Source: Deltaproteobacteria bacterium
GTDB lineage: Bacteria; Desulfobacterota; Desulfobulbia; Desulfobulbales; Desulfobulbaceae
Length of the DNA stretch: 24,000 nt
Reading direction: 5' to 3'
Assembly (NCBI GenBank): GCA_024278495.1
Contig: JAJRTB010000219.1
Span: forward strand, 3,286-27,285
The first letter of the stretch is position 1. Each line of letters starts with the position of its first letter. The notes under the pieces are model-generated. The model was not told the origin of the DNA and searched no databases. It worked only from the letters and a program-made list of their open reading frames with translations. Below, in pieces: positions 1 through 9,903 of this stretch. The position numbers and the translations under genes were made by a program.

Positions 1-3000
1 GGCCCGGGATATCCCCCTCTTTACCGATATCGACGTTCTGGTCTATCCCAGTTTCGAGATCCCGCCCTACACGCCCCTATCCGCTGACCCGGCAACGGTT
101 GCCCAGCGTCTGTCCACCCTGCATCGGCTGCGAAACGAGACAGGTCCGGCCGTTGTCCTCGCCTCCACCGAAGCGGCCATGCGCAAGGTCCTGCCGGCAT
201 CCGTGCTTGACAACCACTGCGAACTGGTCATGGCGGGCGAAGAGACCGACCGGGACGAACTTATCAACCACCTGAGCCGATCCGGGTACCAGCAGTGCGC
301 CATGGTCCAGCATGAAGGCGACCTGGCGGTCAGGGGCGGCATTATCGACGTCTATGCTCCTTCCACGGACAGAACCGCAAACGGCCCCCTGCGCCTGGAT
401 TTCTTTGGTGACACTATCGAGTCGATCAGATTTTTTGACCCGGTGAGCCAGCGTTCTCTGGGCGAACTCGACGAGGCCGTTCTGCTGCCCGCTTCCGACA
501 TCCTTTTTCCGCGCTCCGCTCACCTGCAGGCCTGGCAGGAGTACCTGGAGGAAACCGCCCGGAAACTTGCATGGCCCGAAGAAGAGGCTGACTTCTGCAT
601 CACCAGGTTGCGGGACAACGTCAGGTACGCCGGGGCTGAATTCCACCTGCCCCTGGTCTACGAGCATGACACGCCGCTCCAGACCCTGTTCTCCTACCTG
701 CCGGACCAGACCCGGACGGTCATTCTTGAACCAGCAGACATCCACAACAAGGCGGAACTGGTCTGGGAGCGGATTCAGGCCAACTACCGGGAAGGTCTGG
801 ACAGCGGCAAGGCTGTCCTGCCGCCGGAGCGGCTCTTTCTTCCCCCTGATTGCCTGACGACCATTGCCGGATCAACTGTTCACCTCAGAACCCTGCCGGA
901 TCCGGACCGGCAGCGCGAGCAGATCAGCATCACGACCGGGGACCATGCCCTGTTGCGCCAGGAGATTGATCTGGCGCGGAAAAAACGAAACAGCCTCGCC
1001 CCCCTTGTTGATCGCCTGCAAGACTGGCAACGCAAGGGAGAGCCCACGATCATTGCCTGCCGGTCCATGCGCCAGGTAAACCACCTGCGCGACATGCTGA
1101 AAGGCTACCAGGTAACGCCGGTTTCTGGTGAGACACCACTGGATCTGAACCATCTTGCCCGGACTGACGCCCTGTGCCTGGTTGAACATCCACTCAGCCG
1201 AGGTTTTGACCTGCCGGAACTCAAAATCCATATTCTCTCGGCCACGGAACTGTTCGGCGACAAACGACTCGGGCCGGCCAAGAGGAAACAGAGGAAAGGC
1301 AGGGACCTGGAGCCCCTGGCCATTGATGAGCTGAATCCCGGTGATACGGTGGTCCACCGGGATCACGGAATCGGTCTGTTCCGGGGCCTCATGAACATGG
1401 AATTTGCCGGCCGCCGGGGCGACTTCATGCAGATCGAGTACCAGGGCGGCGACAAACTGTACGTGCCAGCGGACCGGTTGCACTGGATCAACCGCTACCA
1501 GGGATTGACCGATCATGAGCCCACGCTTGACCGCTTGGGCTCAAGCAAGTGGCGCAGCACCAAAAACAAGGTTACCGAGGCGGTCTGGAAAGTGGCCCAG
1601 GAACTTCTGGATATCTACGCCCGGCGCGAATTGCGCGAGGGGCACCGCTTCTCTCCCGCGGGTGAGCTGTACCATGAGCTGGAACAGTCCTTTCCCTATG
1701 ACGAGACCAGCGGCCAGCTCAAGGCCATCGACAACGTGCTCGACGACCTGACCGGTACCCGTCCCATGGACCGGCTGATCTGCGGAGATGTCGGCTACGG
1801 CAAGACCGAGGTGGCGGCCAGGGCCGCCTTCAAGGTCATCGAGGACGGATTCCAGGTGGCTGTCCTGGTGCCGACAACGGTCCTGGCGGAACAGCACGCC
1901 GCCACCTTTCGGGAACGCTTCGCCTCCTTTCCGGTCCGGGTGGCATCCATCAACCGGTTCCGCACCCTGTCCCGGCAACGGGAAATCCTCAAGGACCTGG
2001 CCGCCGGACGCATCGACCTGATCATCGGCACCCACCGGCTGCTGTCAAAGGACATAGTATTCCATAAACTTGGCCTGTTGATCATTGACGAGGAGCACCG
2101 CTTCGGGGTCAGTCATAAAGAAAAAATCAAAAAACTTCGGGCCGACGTGGATGTCCTGACCCTGACGGCCACACCGATACCGCGGACCCTGCAGATGTCG
2201 CTGCTCGGAATCCGGGACCTGTCGATCATCTCCACACCGCCGCGCAAGCGCCGCTCCGTCAAGACATTTCTGGCCCGCAACGAGGACCTGGTCATCCGGG
2301 AAGCCGTGGTCCGGGAACTGGAGCGGGGCGGCCAGGTTTTTTTCGTCCACAACCGGGTCCGCTCCATTGGCGGGATAGCCAGAACAATCAACAGGCTGGT
2401 TCCCCAGGCCCGGGTAGCCGTGGCCCATGGTCAGATGCCGGGACCGGAACTTGAAAAGATCATGGTCCGGTTCATCAACCACGAGATCGACGTGCTGGTC
2501 TGCACCACCATTATTGAGTCGGGCCTTGATATCCCCAACGCCAACACTATTATCATCAACCGGGCCCATCAGCTCGGCCTGGCGGATATTTACCAGCTGC
2601 GCGGCCGGGTCGGTCGCTCAAGCAGGCAGTCCTATGCCTACCTGCTGGTCCCGTCGCTGGATGATCTCACCAAAGACGCCCGCAGACGGCTCCAGGCCCT
2701 GATGGACTGCAACGAGCTGGGCAGCGGCTTCAAGCTGGCCATGAATGATCTGCAGATCCGCGGCGGCGGCAACCTGCTGGGCGTTTCCCAGTCCGGTCAT
2801 ATCGCGGCGGTGGGCTATGACCTCTACCTGGAACTGCTCCAGTCCACGGTAGCGGAACTCAAGGCCAGGGCGGAGGGAGGTGACCCGGACCTGAGACCTG
2901 AGCTGGATCCCGAAATCAACCTCCAGGTCAACGCCTTTCTTCCGGAAGACTATATTGGTGATCCTGCCCAGCGCTACCACATGTACCGGCGCATAGCCGC

Positions 3001-3391
3001 TGCGGGCAGCCGCACCCGGGAAGAACTCGCAGACCTGCGGGACGAACTGGCGGACCGGTTCGGTCCCCTGCCGCCCGAGGCTGAAACCCTGCTGGAGCTA
3101 GTCGGTCTCAAGATCCCCCTGCGTGACCTGGGGGTTGCCAGGCTTGAGCAGACACCAAACGCCCTGATCTATACTTTTATCCAGGATCCGCCGATTGAAC
3201 CCTCGGCCATCCTTGCGCTGATCAACCGAAAACCTGGGAAAGGAACACCACCCGTCCGCCTGACCACGGACAACCGTCTGATCGTACCGTACCAGCCGGG
3301 GGATCACCTGTTCGCGACAATCAACGCCACCCTGAAAGACCTGACCCCTGCCCGGGAACCCGGAAACGTTTCCGCCAACCCAAGGAAGTAA
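1..3391 (+). CDS. mfd: Transcription-repair coupling factor (Mfd), 5'-truncated by window edge
   Basis: The frame is open from nt 2 (ARDIPLFTDIDVLVYPSFEIPPYTPLSADPATVAQRL...) through the listed ORF 179..3391, so Met at 179 is internal. It contains CarD-like RID (NPGDTVVHRDHGIGLFRGL) and SF2 helicase motifs (RLICGDVGYGKTEVAARAAF, DEEHRFGVSHKEKIK, TLTATPIPRTLQMSL, RGRVGRSSRQSYAYLL). Confidence 0.97.
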   Translation, partial: ARDIPLFTDIDVLVYPSFEIPPYTPLSADPATVAQRLSTLHRLRNETGPAVVLASTEAAMRKVLPASVLDNHCELVMAGEETDRDELINHLSRSGYQQCAMVQHEGDLAVRGGIIDVYAPSTDRTANGPLRLDFFGDTIESIRFFDPVSQRSLGELDEAVLLPASDILFPRSAHLQAWQEYLEETARKLAWPEEEADFCITRLRDNVRYAGAEFHLPLVYEHDTPLQTLFSYLPDQTRTVILEPADIHNKAELVWERIQANYREGLDSGKAVLPPERLFLPPDCLTTIAGSTVHLRTLPDPDRQREQISITTGDHALLRQEIDLARKKRNSLAPLVDRLQDWQRKGEPTIIACRSMRQVNHLRDMLKGYQVTPVSGETPLDLNHLARTDALCLVEHPLSRGFDLPELKIHILSATELFGDKRLGPAKRKQRKGRDLEPLAIDELNPGDTVVHRDHGIGLFRGLMNMEFAGRRGDFMQIEYQGGDKLYVPADRLHWINRYQGLTDHEPTLDRLGSSKWRSTKNKVTEAVWKVAQELLDIYARRELREGHRFSPAGELYHELEQSFPYDETSGQLKAIDNVLDDLTGTRPMDRLICGDVGYGKTEVAARAAFKVIEDGFQVAVLVPTTVLAEQHAATFRERFASFPVRVASINRFRTLSRQREILKDLAAGRIDLIIGTHRLLSKDIVFHKLGLLIIDEEHRFGVSHKEKIKKLRADVDVLTLTATPIPRTLQMSLLGIRDLSIISTPPRKRRSVKTFLARNEDLVIREAVVRELERGGQVFFVHNRVRSIGGIARTINRLVPQARVAVAHGQMPGPELEKIMVRFINHEIDVLVCTTIIESGLDIPNANTIIINRAHQLGLADIYQLRGRVGRSSRQSYAYLLVPSLDDLTKDARRRLQALMDCNELGSGFKLAMNDLQIRGGGNLLGVSQSGHIAAVGYDLYLELLQSTVAELKARAEGGDPDLRPELDPEINLQVNAFLPEDYIGDPAQRYHMYRRIAAAGSRTREELADLRDELADRFGPLPPEAETLLELVGLKIPLRDLGVARLEQTPNALIYTFIQDPPIEPSAILALINRKPGKGTPPVRLTTDNRLIVPYQPGDHLFATINATLKDLTPAREPGNVSANPRK

Positions 3392-3395
3392 AACA

Positions 3396-4106
3396 ATGGC
3401 CACGTGGATCAGACCCTGCTTTTCCTGGAACCAGGTGGACACGGTCCTCCTGGACATGGACGGCACCCTGCTGGACAAGCATTTTGACGACTATTTCTGG
3501 GAACAGTATGTCCCGGAGCACTACAGCCTCAAACACGACATCCCGGTGGAGGAAGCAAAGAGGACGCTCCTTGAACGCTACGGCAGGGTGGAAAACACCC
3601 TCAACTGGACCGACCTGGATTACTGGACCGACCAGCTGGGCCTGGACATACCTGAACTGAAGATGCGGATCAGCCATCTTATCGATGTCCACCCGTATGT
3701 GCCGAATTTTCTGCGCTTCTGCCGAAACCTGAAAAAAGAGGTCGTTCTGGTGACCAATGCCCATCCCAAAACCCTGGCCATCAAACTGGAAAAAACCGGT
3801 ATTGAGGGAATGTTTGACCGGATAATCTGCGCCGATGAAATCGGTCTGGCCAAGGAAGAAGCGGAATTCTGGAACCGGATCGAGCGGAAAATCGGCTTTG
3901 ACAAGACCAGAACCATGCTGGCCGATGATACCGAAAAGGTCCTGCGCACTGCCGAGGGATACGGCATGGGGTACCTGGTCTATGTGGCACGGCCCAGCAG
4001 CAGGCGACCAGCCAGTTTTTCTGACCAATTCCCCTCCATTGAATACTTCTCAGAACTGTTACCCGACCTCAACGCCTCACCGAACATCCCACGCCGACAA
4101 CCATGA
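3396..4106 (+). CDS. HAD-superfamily hydrolase, YrfG-like (GMP/IMP nucleotidase family)
   Basis: N-terminal HAD motif I DTVLLDMDGTLLDKHFDDYFWEQYVP, motif II VVLVTNAHP, motif IV MLADDTEKVL. Confidence 0.8.
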   Translation: MATWIRPCFSWNQVDTVLLDMDGTLLDKHFDDYFWEQYVPEHYSLKHDIPVEEAKRTLLERYGRVENTLNWTDLDYWTDQLGLDIPELKMRISHLIDVHPYVPNFLRFCRNLKKEVVLVTNAHPKTLAIKLEKTGIEGMFDRIICADEIGLAKEEAEFWNRIERKIGFDKTRTMLADDTEKVLRTAEGYGMGYLVYVARPSSRRPASFSDQFPSIEYFSELLPDLNASPNIPRRQP

Positions 4107-4372
4107 TGGCACCGCAACGAAATTCGCAAAAAATTGCGGCAAATCATCAGGTTACAAGACGGAGCCATCGGATTCGCAGTTTTTGTCGATTTCGTAAAAA
4201 GTCACGAAACCGACGGTTCAGCGTTGTAACTGGTTGAATCATCATAGTACTCAGCCAGTATTTTCGACTTTTTACGAATTCATCAGTTTTTGACAAACCT
4301 GACAAGCCCGGCAACCGAGACAAGATGGACGCGGGAACGACACAGACGATACGGGAAATGGCACGTGATCAG

Positions 4373-5431
4373 TTACCGCGAAACAGATTCCCAGACAACC
4401 CGGTTACGGCCAAGCCGTTTGGCATGGTAGAGTCGCTGGTCCGCCGCCTCGAGCAGGTGGTTCTCGTCCACCACTTTGAGCTCTCCAGCCGCCACAACAC
4501 CGATGGAAACGGTAACCGGGATCATCTGCTCCTCAAAGACAAAGGGGGTCACCTCGATCCGACGCCTGATCCGTTCGCTGAACTCATGACCTTCAAAGAT
4601 ATCACCCAGACCTGTCCCGTAGAATTCTTCCCCGCCAAAACGGCCGATTTCATCGGAACGCCGCTTCACGTCATTAAGCACCTGCCCAAGAGTCGCCAGA
4701 ACATAATCCCCGGCCCGGTGCCCGAAGGTATCATTGACCCCTTTGAAGTGATCGATATCCAAAAGGAGGAAAAAGAAATCATCGATCTGGTTACGATCGT
4801 ACTCAGCTATTTTCAATTCAAGGCTGCGCCCCATGATAATACGGTTGGGCAGATTGGTCAGCTGGTCAAAATAGCCGATCTGTTCCAATAAATCCTTGTG
4901 CACCATCTCGTTGGTCACGTCGGTGAGATAGCCAAAAGAAATCGACACCTGGTCTTCGGCAAAGGTCTCGATACGGGCCCGATCCTTGAACCATACCTGA
5001 GCCAGATTACCGGCCAGGGCGATCTTATAGTCGGCCTCCATGTTCCCCTTCTGCGCGACCTCGGCCCGCAGGCCCGAACGACTACCAGACAGCTCCCGAC
5101 TGCTGCGCACGGTTTCGCTTATACCGGCCTCCACCTCGGTCCGGTGGAACAGCCGGTGGTCAACCACTGCCTCCCGAAACTGAACAGCCAGATCACCGAC
5201 AGAGCAGCCAAAGAGCTGGATAAACTCCCGGCCGGCAAACTCGTACCACATGATGTTATCCTGGTGGCGCCAGGCCGTAATGTACGGAATACCCGGCACA
5301 CCAGTCTCATCAAAGGCACGGAAGGCACGGATCAGCTCCGCAACTCTCTCACGCAGGGCCACGCTGTACTTTCCGGCCAGGATCCGACCCTGGTAGTCGA
5401 TCAGACCATATTTTTCCCGCAGATCATCCAT
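4373..5431 (-). CDS. GGDEF-domain protein (putative diguanylate cyclase) with an unassigned N-terminal sensory region
   Basis: FDQLTNLPNR...FFLLLDIDHFKGVNDTFGHRAGDYVL...IGRFGGEEF...VTVSIGVV...AADQRLYHAKRLGRN. Start ATG at 5431 (MDDLREKYG) is preceded by GGAAGAG; the longer ORF to 5527 is less likely. Confidence 0.88.
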   Translation of the reverse strand: MDDLREKYGLIDYQGRILAGKYSVALRERVAELIRAFRAFDETGVPGIPYITAWRHQDNIMWYEFAGREFIQLFGCSVGDLAVQFREAVVDHRLFHRTEVEAGISETVRSSRELSGSRSGLRAEVAQKGNMEADYKIALAGNLAQVWFKDRARIETFAEDQVSISFGYLTDVTNEMVHKDLLEQIGYFDQLTNLPNRIIMGRSLELKIAEYDRNQIDDFFFLLLDIDHFKGVNDTFGHRAGDYVLATLGQVLNDVKRRSDEIGRFGGEEFYGTGLGDIFEGHEFSERIRRRIEVTPFVFEEQMIPVTVSIGVVAAGELKVVDENHLLEAADQRLYHAKRLGRNRVVWESVSR

Positions 5432-5715
5432 ATCTCTTCCAGATAAATATATAAAAGAACAGAAAACTCCCGCCAACGCACGGAAAAAATCGTGCCTGAT
5501 CATGGGGTAATTCCCCTGCGTTTTCATTATCTCGGAATTGTATCCTGGCGCAGGTGCCGCAGATTCGTGCAGGCGTTATTGGCCGCTATAGCCGACTATG
5601 CGGGCAGGAGCGCCTGTGCGAAGATGCGGCGCCTGTGACGGGTTCCTGAATCTGCACCACGGGTGAACGCTCACGGATCCAGGGGGTTACAAAAAATCGC
5701 GACCGGGCAATCGGG

Positions 5716-6831
5716 TCAGTCCGGCCCGGCTGACTCTCCTTGCAGGGCGGGAATCGGCAGGTCAAGGGGAACCAGCACCTCTCTGTGCATCTGCTGCAGG
5801 ACATGCTCAGCCCCCTCGTGGTCAAGACGCTCCGTCAGGTCGCGGATCTTCCCGGCCAGATCCCGCATCCGGCTTCGGCATTCCTGCCGGGCCTGTTCGA
5901 TCAGGCGCCAGTCACGTTGTTCAAGAAAGCGGTCAAACGCTTCGCCGATCTCGGGAAACAAAACCCGACGCAGGCCTGCCAGGAAGCCGATGTAGAACCC
6001 GAGCGAGCCTTCTTTCTGCTCCCTGACCATAGAGCTGACCAGCCCGGAGGGGTGGGTGTCTGCCAGAACGTCCTTTACCGCCCTGGTCACAAACTCAACG
6101 GCGGAATCGGGAAACGCGGCGACAACCCGTCGCAGAGTTGCGCTGTCCAGGGTCTGCTGGCGCATCTCGCCTATTTCGTGATGGACGAACATGGGGATCT
6201 CACCGTCGACTATGATGTCAAGCCTGTCGCGCAATCGCTCCTGGTCAAGCACACCATCGCGCAGAACCCCGTAGTGATCCAGGGCGTGCCGCACCGCCAC
6301 TCTGGATGCGGCGCGGTGTTCCTGTATCTGGTCCCAGAAAAAAAAGCGCAGCGGATCCCGGCGGATGATTATGACCCCGTCCCGGAGCATGGCAAAGGGG
6401 CTTGAAAGCTCCCTGGCCGACTCCCGGCCCAGGAGAAACACCGGGCACCCCTCGACCAGCTCCTGCTTCAGTATCTCGGCCAGAAAGAATATTGATTTTA
6501 AAGAACGGCCATAGCCGGCCCCGTACATCAGCCCGGCATTCCCCAGCCCCTGATTGATCCGCTCCTGGTCAAACGGTTCGACTTCCGTCCCGTTCAACAC
6601 CAGGGGGGCAAACGGTTCCTCCGCCATGGCCTGCCAGAACTTCTCTTTCCGGTCAATCCAGGCCAGCAGGTCCGCGGATTCAGGTTCCTGCCAGGGTTCC
6701 AGGGAGTTCTCCCACTTATAAAGATTGCGGAGCTTGAGAACCAGGGCACAGATGGAATAGATGCCGTTGTCCCGGGCATCGGAAATATCACAGTTGTGCC
6801 GGATTGTTTCCAGGACTGTTTTTTCGACCAT
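5716..6831 (-). CDS. Hypothetical protein, family not recognised
   Basis: Long ORF without in-frame stops. Start at 6831 (MVEKTVLETIRHNCDISDARDNGIYSICALVLKLRNLYKWE) is preceded by GGAGG at normal spacing; the ORF track extends to 6939. Confidence 0.75.
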   Translation of the reverse strand: MVEKTVLETIRHNCDISDARDNGIYSICALVLKLRNLYKWENSLEPWQEPESADLLAWIDRKEKFWQAMAEEPFAPLVLNGTEVEPFDQERINQGLGNAGLMYGAGYGRSLKSIFFLAEILKQELVEGCPVFLLGRESARELSSPFAMLRDGVIIIRRDPLRFFFWDQIQEHRAASRVAVRHALDHYGVLRDGVLDQERLRDRLDIIVDGEIPMFVHHEIGEMRQQTLDSATLRRVVAAFPDSAVEFVTRAVKDVLADTHPSGLVSSMVREQKEGSLGFYIGFLAGLRRVLFPEIGEAFDRFLEQRDWRLIEQARQECRSRMRDLAGKIRDLTERLDHEGAEHVLQQMHREVLVPLDLPIPALQGESAGPD

Positions 6832-6929
6832 CTTTCGCCTCCGGCAAAAATTATGCGTCAACAACTCCACCTGTTTCGGCCCGGGCCGGGGTAAAAACGT
6901 CATATTATTGAATATACCAGATCGTACGT

Positions 6930-6983
6930 AACTCGTCACAGGGTTTGTAACTCTGCGATTTTACCTATCCATAATCTGCAAGT
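6930..6983 (+). repeat. 54-bp dispersed repeat, copy 1
   Basis: AACTCGTCACAGGGTTTGTAACTCTGCGATTTTACCTATCCATAATCTGCAAGT; 50/54 identity by eye to 23280..23333. Confidence 0.8.
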
Positions 6984-7332
6984 AATCAGGGGCGCCGCAT
7001 TTTTTTATTTTATTGATTATTGCCAACCTGTTACAGGTAGAAAAACTCCATGTGGCACTACTCGCAAGGACCTTTATGCCCCACTGTATTCATTGCATTC
7101 TTTTTGCGCTTTACGTCAAAACCGAATTTCAAAGGTTTTTAATAATGATTTGCACAAAGTCGGGTTAAAAAAAAGTGGAAATTCCCTGTCAGCTTTCATA
7201 AAATATACAAGAGTAAAAACGTGCCGATTTACTGCCTCAAAAAAGAACTCAATAAAACCGGATCTCTTCTCTCTGTAACACAATGATCTGCTGTCCCGAC
7301 GCATATCAGCGCGTATAACAAAGGAGGATGTC

Positions 7333-9903
7333 ATGAACAGCCGCTGGAAAACTTTTTTTATTTGTACAGTCTCCTGGATTTTGCTTACTCAGGCATCAGG
7401 TGTTGTCGCGGCCGAACCGAAGCTGGTAAAAGATATTAATACGAAACTGCGTGGTGGTAACATTTATGAAGTGACAACAATAGGAACCGTTACCTACTTT
7501 GTCGCTGATGATATCGACCACGGCAGTGAACTCTGGAAGTATGAAGGTGGAACGGCATCTCTGGTAAAGGATATCTTTCCCGGCCCTTCAGGAAGCTCCC
7601 CCTACTCTCTGACCGCGGTAAACGACACGCTCTACTTCCTGGCTGATGACGGGACCAGCGGTTATGAACTCTGGATGAGTGACGGCACGGCGGCAGGAAC
7701 CGCTCTGGTGAAAGACATCTGGCCAGGCAGCACGACCAGCAACCCAGGCAGCCTGACCGCGGTGGGCGCCACGCTCTACTTCACGGCAAATGACGGAACC
7801 AGCGGTTATGAACTCTGGATGAGTGACGGCACGGCGGCAGGAACCGCTCTGGTGAAAAACATTTCGCCCGGCAGCGGCAACAGCGCCCCAAGCTACCTGA
7901 CCGCGGTGGGCGCCACGGTCTACTTCACGGCAAATGACGGGAACAGCGGCACGGAGCTCTGGAAAAGCGACGGCACGGCGGCAGGAACCGTTCTGGTGAA
8001 AGACATCCGGACCGGCAACAGCAGTACCCCACGCTACCTGACCGCGGTGGGCGACACGCTCTACTTCACAGCAAATGACGGGAACAGCGGCATTGAACTC
8101 TGGAAAAGCGACGGCACGGCGGCAGGAACCGTTCTGGTGAAAGACATCCGGACCGGCAGCACCAACACCCGTCCAACCTCACTGACCGCGGTGGGCTCCA
8201 CGCTCTACTTCAGGGCTGATGACGGGAACAGCGGCGCTGAACTCTGGAAGAGTGACGGCACGGCGGCAGGAACCGTTCTGGTGAAAGACATCTGGACCGG
8301 TCCCAGCGGCAGCTCCCCGGCCTCCCTGACCGCGGTGGGCAACACGCTCTACTTCACGGCATATGACGGAACCAGCGGCGTTGAGCTCTGGATGAGTGAC
8401 GGCACTGCGACAGGAACCGTCAGGGTGAAAGACATATGGCCCGGCAACAGCAGCAGCTCACCACGCTACCTGACCGCGGTGGGCAACACGCTCTACTTCA
8501 CGGCTGATGACGGGACCAGCGGCCGTGAACTCTGGATGAGTGACGGCACTGCGGCAGGAACCGTCAGGGTGAAAGACATATGGCCCGGTCTCAGCGGCAG
8601 CTCCCCTAGCTCTCTGGCCGCAGCAGGCGCCACGCTCTACTTCACGGCCTACAACACCACTACCGGCTCTCAACTCTGGAAAAGTGATGGTAGTGTGGAC
8701 ACGGTCAGACTGACAGACATTTATTACGGAACAGCATCAGGCGCCCAGTCTTTAGGCGTAATTATCAACGGTATCGTCTATTTCACGGCTGATGACGGGA
8801 CCAGCGGCCGTGAACTCTGGAAGAGTGACGGCACTGCGGCAGGAACCGTTCTGCTGAAAGACATCCGGCCCGGCAATGACAGCAGCTCCCCATACTCTCT
8901 GACCGCAGTGGGCGACACACTCTACTTCAGGGCCAATGACGGCACCAACGGTTATGAACTCTGGAAGAGTGACGGCACTGCAGCAGGAACCGTTCTGGTG
9001 AAAGATATCCAGCCCGGTCCTGGCGACAGCTCCCCATACTCTCTGACCGCAATAGGCGCCACGCTCTACTTCAGGGCCAATGACGGAACCAGCGGCGCTG
9101 AGCTCTGGATGAGTGACGGCACTGCGGCAGGAACCGTTCTGGTGAAAGACATATGGCCCGGTCCTGGCGGCAGCTCCCCGGGCTACCTGCCCGCAATGGG
9201 GGCCACACTCTACTTCACGGCCAATGACGGAACCAGTGGTACTGAGCTCTGGATGACTGACGGCACTGCGGCAGGAACCGTTCTGGTGAAAGACATATGG
9301 CCAGGTCCTGGCTTCAGCTTCCCACGCTACCTGACCGCAATGGGCGCCACGCTCTACTTCAGAGCCAATGACGGCACCAACGGCGCTGAGCTCTGGATGA
9401 CGGACGGCACTGCGGAAGGAACCGCTCTGGTGAAAGACATCCGGACCGGTCTCAAGGACAGCTCCCCAAGCTACCTGACCGCGGTGGGCGCCACGCTCTA
9501 CTTCACGGCTGATGACGGAACCAGCGGTTATGAACTCTGGAAAAGCGACGGCACTGCGGAAGGAACCGTTCTGGTGAAAGACATCCGGACCGGCAGCGGC
9601 AACAGCTCCCCAGGCAAACTGACCGCGGTGGGCGATACGCTCTACTTCAGGGCCAATGACGGCACCAACGGCACTGAGCTCTGGATGAGCGACGGCACTG
9701 GAGCAGGAACCGCTCTGGTAAAAGACATCTATCCGGGCAATGAAAGCAGTTGGCCCAGTGATCTTGTTTATGATGATGATAATGAAACGCTCTATTTCAC
9801 TGCTGTCGATTCCGTATATGACAGAGAATTGTGGGCCTGCCAGGTTGGCGCTTTTCCCTGGACCATGTTTGTGCCGGCAATAACCGGCATGGGCAGCAGA
9901 TAA
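7333..9903 (+). CDS. Exported protein made of 16 consecutive ELWxxDGT-type repeats
   Basis: AAAGGAGG just upstream of the ATG. N-terminal signal peptide (MNSRWKTFFICTVSWILLTQASGVVAAEP). Repeats of about 48 aa of the form ELWMSDGTAAGTxLVKDIxPGxxxSSPxxLTAVGATLYFTANDGTSG. Confidence 0.92.
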   Translation: MNSRWKTFFICTVSWILLTQASGVVAAEPKLVKDINTKLRGGNIYEVTTIGTVTYFVADDIDHGSELWKYEGGTASLVKDIFPGPSGSSPYSLTAVNDTLYFLADDGTSGYELWMSDGTAAGTALVKDIWPGSTTSNPGSLTAVGATLYFTANDGTSGYELWMSDGTAAGTALVKNISPGSGNSAPSYLTAVGATVYFTANDGNSGTELWKSDGTAAGTVLVKDIRTGNSSTPRYLTAVGDTLYFTANDGNSGIELWKSDGTAAGTVLVKDIRTGSTNTRPTSLTAVGSTLYFRADDGNSGAELWKSDGTAAGTVLVKDIWTGPSGSSPASLTAVGNTLYFTAYDGTSGVELWMSDGTATGTVRVKDIWPGNSSSSPRYLTAVGNTLYFTADDGTSGRELWMSDGTAAGTVRVKDIWPGLSGSSPSSLAAAGATLYFTAYNTTTGSQLWKSDGSVDTVRLTDIYYGTASGAQSLGVIINGIVYFTADDGTSGRELWKSDGTAAGTVLLKDIRPGNDSSSPYSLTAVGDTLYFRANDGTNGYELWKSDGTAAGTVLVKDIQPGPGDSSPYSLTAIGATLYFRANDGTSGAELWMSDGTAAGTVLVKDIWPGPGGSSPGYLPAMGATLYFTANDGTSGTELWMTDGTAAGTVLVKDIWPGPGFSFPRYLTAMGATLYFRANDGTNGAELWMTDGTAEGTALVKDIRTGLKDSSPSYLTAVGATLYFTADDGTSGYELWKSDGTAEGTVLVKDIRTGSGNSSPGKLTAVGDTLYFRANDGTNGTELWMSDGTGAGTALVKDIYPGNESSWPSDLVYDDDNETLYFTAVDSVYDRELWACQVGAFPWTMFVPAITGMGSR

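Noticed and set aside
4325-4891. ORF antisense to the GGDEF gene (and many similar long antisense ORFs, e.g. 1541..2035, 11831..12925, 13477..14433, 16681..17526, 18844..19860)
   Set aside because: They are mirror ORFs of high-GC coding genes with clear homology on the other strand; their translations show no coherent domains.
4373-5431. Degenerate GGDEF active site
   Set aside because: The motif is GGEEF, a standard active variant; the unusual following residues (YGTGLGDIF) alone do not support a novel function.
7333-9903. CRISPR array or adhesin-cassette interpretation of the tandem DNA repeats
   Set aside because: The period is about 144-147 nt, in frame, and the repeats are fully coding within one ORF with no spacer structure.
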